A stretch of 64,000 nt of DNA from an uncultured cyanobacterium (GTDB taxonomy: Bacteria; Cyanobacteriota; Cyanobacteriia; Cyanobacteriales; Nostocaceae): contig CAVUDP010000002.1 in the NCBI GenBank assembly GCA_963740315.1, positions 64,001 to 128,000 on the forward strand, given 5' to 3'. Under the pieces are notes generated by a model. The model was not told the DNA's origin, made no database searches, and was given only the letters and a program-made list of their open reading frames with translations. The position numbers and the translations under genes are program-made. Numbering within the stretch: the stretch's first letter is position 1; each line of letters opens with the position of its first letter. Of the stretch, positions 61,793 to 64,000 are shown in pieces.

Positions 61793-61864
61793 CACCTTTA
61801 TCCCGAATGAGGTTACCCAAATAAAACCATCGAACAATTATTAATTGATGAAAGAAGTTTATTA
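61793..61864 (+). repeat. 72-bp imperfect direct repeat, right copy
   Basis: Matches 54232-54303 at 61/72 positions. Confidence 0.85.
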
Positions 61865-62177
61865 CTGACATCGCTAACTGCTAATCCGGAGGCTGTGCGA
61901 CGGTGAACCGAACGGCCATATTAGCATATTGTAAGAATTAGCTTCGTTGATAATAACTTTGGATAGTCTCTTCTTGAGCGATCGATGGTATGGTGCTAGC
62001 GTGCTTACTATAGCAAGTGCGCTAGGTCGCAACGTGTATACGAACGCTATGGTATTCCCTTCGTCGCTTCGTGTCAAGGTTTGCGTCGTCTCCATTCAAC
62101 AGCCGCACGGCCCATAGGTCTGGACCAATGACTTCTTCATCAGCGTCAACATCCCGCAGGCACGAAACACGGCCACC

Positions 62178-62260
62178 AAAAAGCCGGGTGAGAGGGTTCC
62201 CTTAAAAGTTTTTTCAGGAGGAAAAAACTTTTAAGGCTGCCCGTCATGCCCCGGCTTTTT
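62178..62260 (-). terminator. long stem-loop downstream of sbtB (probable terminator)
   Basis: Outer stem aaaaagccggg/cccggcttttt and a perfect 16-bp inner stem ccttaaaagttttttc/gaaaaaacttttaagg. Confidence 0.65.
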
Positions 62261-62284
62261 AGGTTCGATCGACTGGGTTTTGAG

Positions 62285-62602
62285 TTAGAACTTGTGCGCG
62301 TGCAGTACCTCCATCACGTCACAGAGATAGGCGATGCCCGAATAATCGTCGAAAAACTGCGCTGCGACCTCATCCGAAATCTTCACAGCCATATCCCGAT
62401 TGGGAGTGAGCACCTCGAACTTTACATTCGAGTAAGCCTCGGAAACGGTGGGTCGTCCCGACGAGCGCATATTGCGACTGCCTTTACCGCCAGCGTCCAC
62501 CACCGTATAACCGGTAGCCCCGGCTTCGTCGATAATGTTGGCGACTTGTTTGAGCAGCACCTTTTCCGTGACGATGACGAGCTTGCTGGCTCTCTGGGTC
62601 AT
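62285..62602 (-). CDS. sbtB: PII-like regulator of SbtA
   Basis: [33 protein letters not shown]; directly downstream of sbtA. Confidence 0.93.
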   Translation of the reverse strand: MTQRASKLVIVTEKVLLKQVANIIDEAGATGYTVVDAGGKGSRNMRSSGRPTVSEAYSNVKFEVLTPNRDMAVKISDEVAAQFFDDYSGIAYLCDVMEVLHAHKF

Positions 62603-62745
62603 GTGTTTTACCTCTCGATGTGTGTATTGATTAAACTACATAGAAACTCAGGCAAACGTCAACACGGCGGCGCGATCGCAACGATCTAGCCGCCGTGTTG
62701 GTTGCCCGGTTAGGGGAGCATCGGCAGACCGCAACCCGTCTGGAA

Positions 62746-63885
62746 TCAGCCACCTCCCAGCGCCTGGGCAAGCCCCATGAAGAGCGGTATTCCCAAGGCA
62801 AGCGCAACCGGCGTGCCGACAGCTGTAGACGCGCCGATGTAGGCAGAGGGGTTGGCCGACGGGATACCGGCTCGCAAAGTGGGCGGACCTGAGATGTCTG
62901 AACTGGAGGCGGCGATGACGGCTAAGATCACAACGCCGCCAAGGCTGAATCCCGTGGTGTAGTGGGCAATCATGCCGAAGCCGAAGGCGAGCAACCCATG
63001 CAGCAGCGGTGCTACAAAGGCATACACGGCGTACCACTGGGCTACCGTGCGTAGCTCTTTAACCCTTGCAGCCGCTTCCATACCCATGATCAGCATCAGT
63101 ACCGAAAGCAGTCCGCGAAAGAGCGGCTCGTAGAAGCTTTGATAGACACTTTCCGGCTTGGTCAGCAGACCTAAAGCGAGGCCGAGTAGCAGTGCCGATA
63201 GGGCAGAACCCTGGAGGCTTTCCTTGACGATGGGCCATATCTTGACCCGCTGACGCTGCTTGCTGGGATACCCGCGTGCGACAATACCCCCCTGCTTGAT
63301 GCTAGTAGAAACGCCTGCGTTACCGCGCTGCTTGCTGAGATACTCCTGCTTGCTAAGATACTCCTGCTCGCTGAGATACTCGTCGTCTGCGGTATCGCGC
63401 CGCTTGCCGCTATAAATGCTGGCCAAGACGATCGCAGTCACGAGCGCTGGGATGTCCATGAAAGGATAGAGTGCGGCTGCCCAGGGTTCGTATGGGATCT
63501 TTTGCACTTCCAATAGCGTCAGGGCGGCAGCGAGGGTAGAGCCACTCACGGCACCGAACAAGCCCGCAGTCGCAATGCCATCCTCGGTTTTGACTTTCGG
63601 CAGCATGCACAATGTGTAGCGCCCGATGAACACGATAAGTATCCCTATCACCACGGCGAACAACGCAGGCAACAGGATCTCTGCCAGATTGGAGTCGCGG
63701 ATCGCCTGTCCACCAGTCAGTCCGACTTTAATCAGTAGCATGAAGACGATGAACTTATATACCGGATCTGGAATTGATAGTCGGCTACCGAGGGAGGCAA
63801 CGATCATGCCACCAATCAGAAAGCCGAGTGTCGGGGACTGTAACTGCCCCAAGAATTTCGTAAAGAAATCGGTCAAAAATTCCAC
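62746..63885 (-). CDS. sbtA: sodium-dependent bicarbonate transporter
   Basis: SPTLGFLIGG, GAVSGST, LYPFMDIPAL, SSDISGPPT, AVGTP. GTG start at 63885 preceded by an AGGAG RBS. Confidence 0.93.
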   Translation of the reverse strand: MEFLTDFFTKFLGQLQSPTLGFLIGGMIVASLGSRLSIPDPVYKFIVFMLLIKVGLTGGQAIRDSNLAEILLPALFAVVIGILIVFIGRYTLCMLPKVKTEDGIATAGLFGAVSGSTLAAALTLLEVQKIPYEPWAAALYPFMDIPALVTAIVLASIYSGKRRDTADDEYLSEQEYLSKQEYLSKQRGNAGVSTSIKQGGIVARGYPSKQRQRVKIWPIVKESLQGSALSALLLGLALGLLTKPESVYQSFYEPLFRGLLSVLMLIMGMEAAARVKELRTVAQWYAVYAFVAPLLHGLLAFGFGMIAHYTTGFSLGGVVILAVIAASSSDISGPPTLRAGIPSANPSAYIGASTAVGTPVALALGIPLFMGLAQALGGG

Positions 63886-64000
63886 GTTGTAATTTCTCCT
63901 TAATTTCATATTTTAGGGGTCAGGACGGTAGCCAAGCGTGGCATGGAAGAACCGCTTTATTGCTTATTGCCCCAATTACCGTAACTTTCGCTCTTCTATA

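Noticed and set aside
62100..62175. katG-like fragment (WTNDFF)
   Set aside because: The match is too short and has no supporting context.
62246..63892. Alternative-frame and antisense ORFs within sbtAB, and similar ones in rbcL, serA, the peroxidase and the NRPS
   Set aside because: They are shadows of well-supported genes, lack recognisable motifs and are favoured by high GC.

Overview
AT-rich chromosomal window from a filamentous cyanobacterium, most likely Nostocales. This is inferred from form IB rbcL-rbcX-rbcS plus rca, many HIP1 GCGATCGC sites and heptamer STRR tracts. Housekeeping genes (moeB, holA, fabG, prmA, serA, panB, SUI1) are interleaved with accessory material and very dense REP/MITE-like repeats. 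Main candidates for novelty: (1) A three-gene NRPS cassette (54351-61539) bracketed by 72-bp imperfect direct repeats. It encodes an oxalate-CoA-ligase-like A domain fused to a carrier domain, an ICL-superfamily C-C lyase (possible oxalate source, frameshifted here) and a C-A(Ile/Val)-T-TE module, which suggests an N-oxalyl-amino-acid pathway. (2) A 791-aa Rubisco activase with two RbcS-like (SSUL) domains separated by 11 F[HRQ]YP repeats. Also present: a CuA-less terminal oxidase operon with DUF2231 and GMC genes, an RTX/Calx-beta heme peroxidase, paired STAND-like ATPases and a GC-rich sbtAB. Four genes carry single-base frameshifts that may be assembly errors. I found no CRISPR array, rRNA or tRNA. 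All family assignments come from motif recognition; no database search was run.
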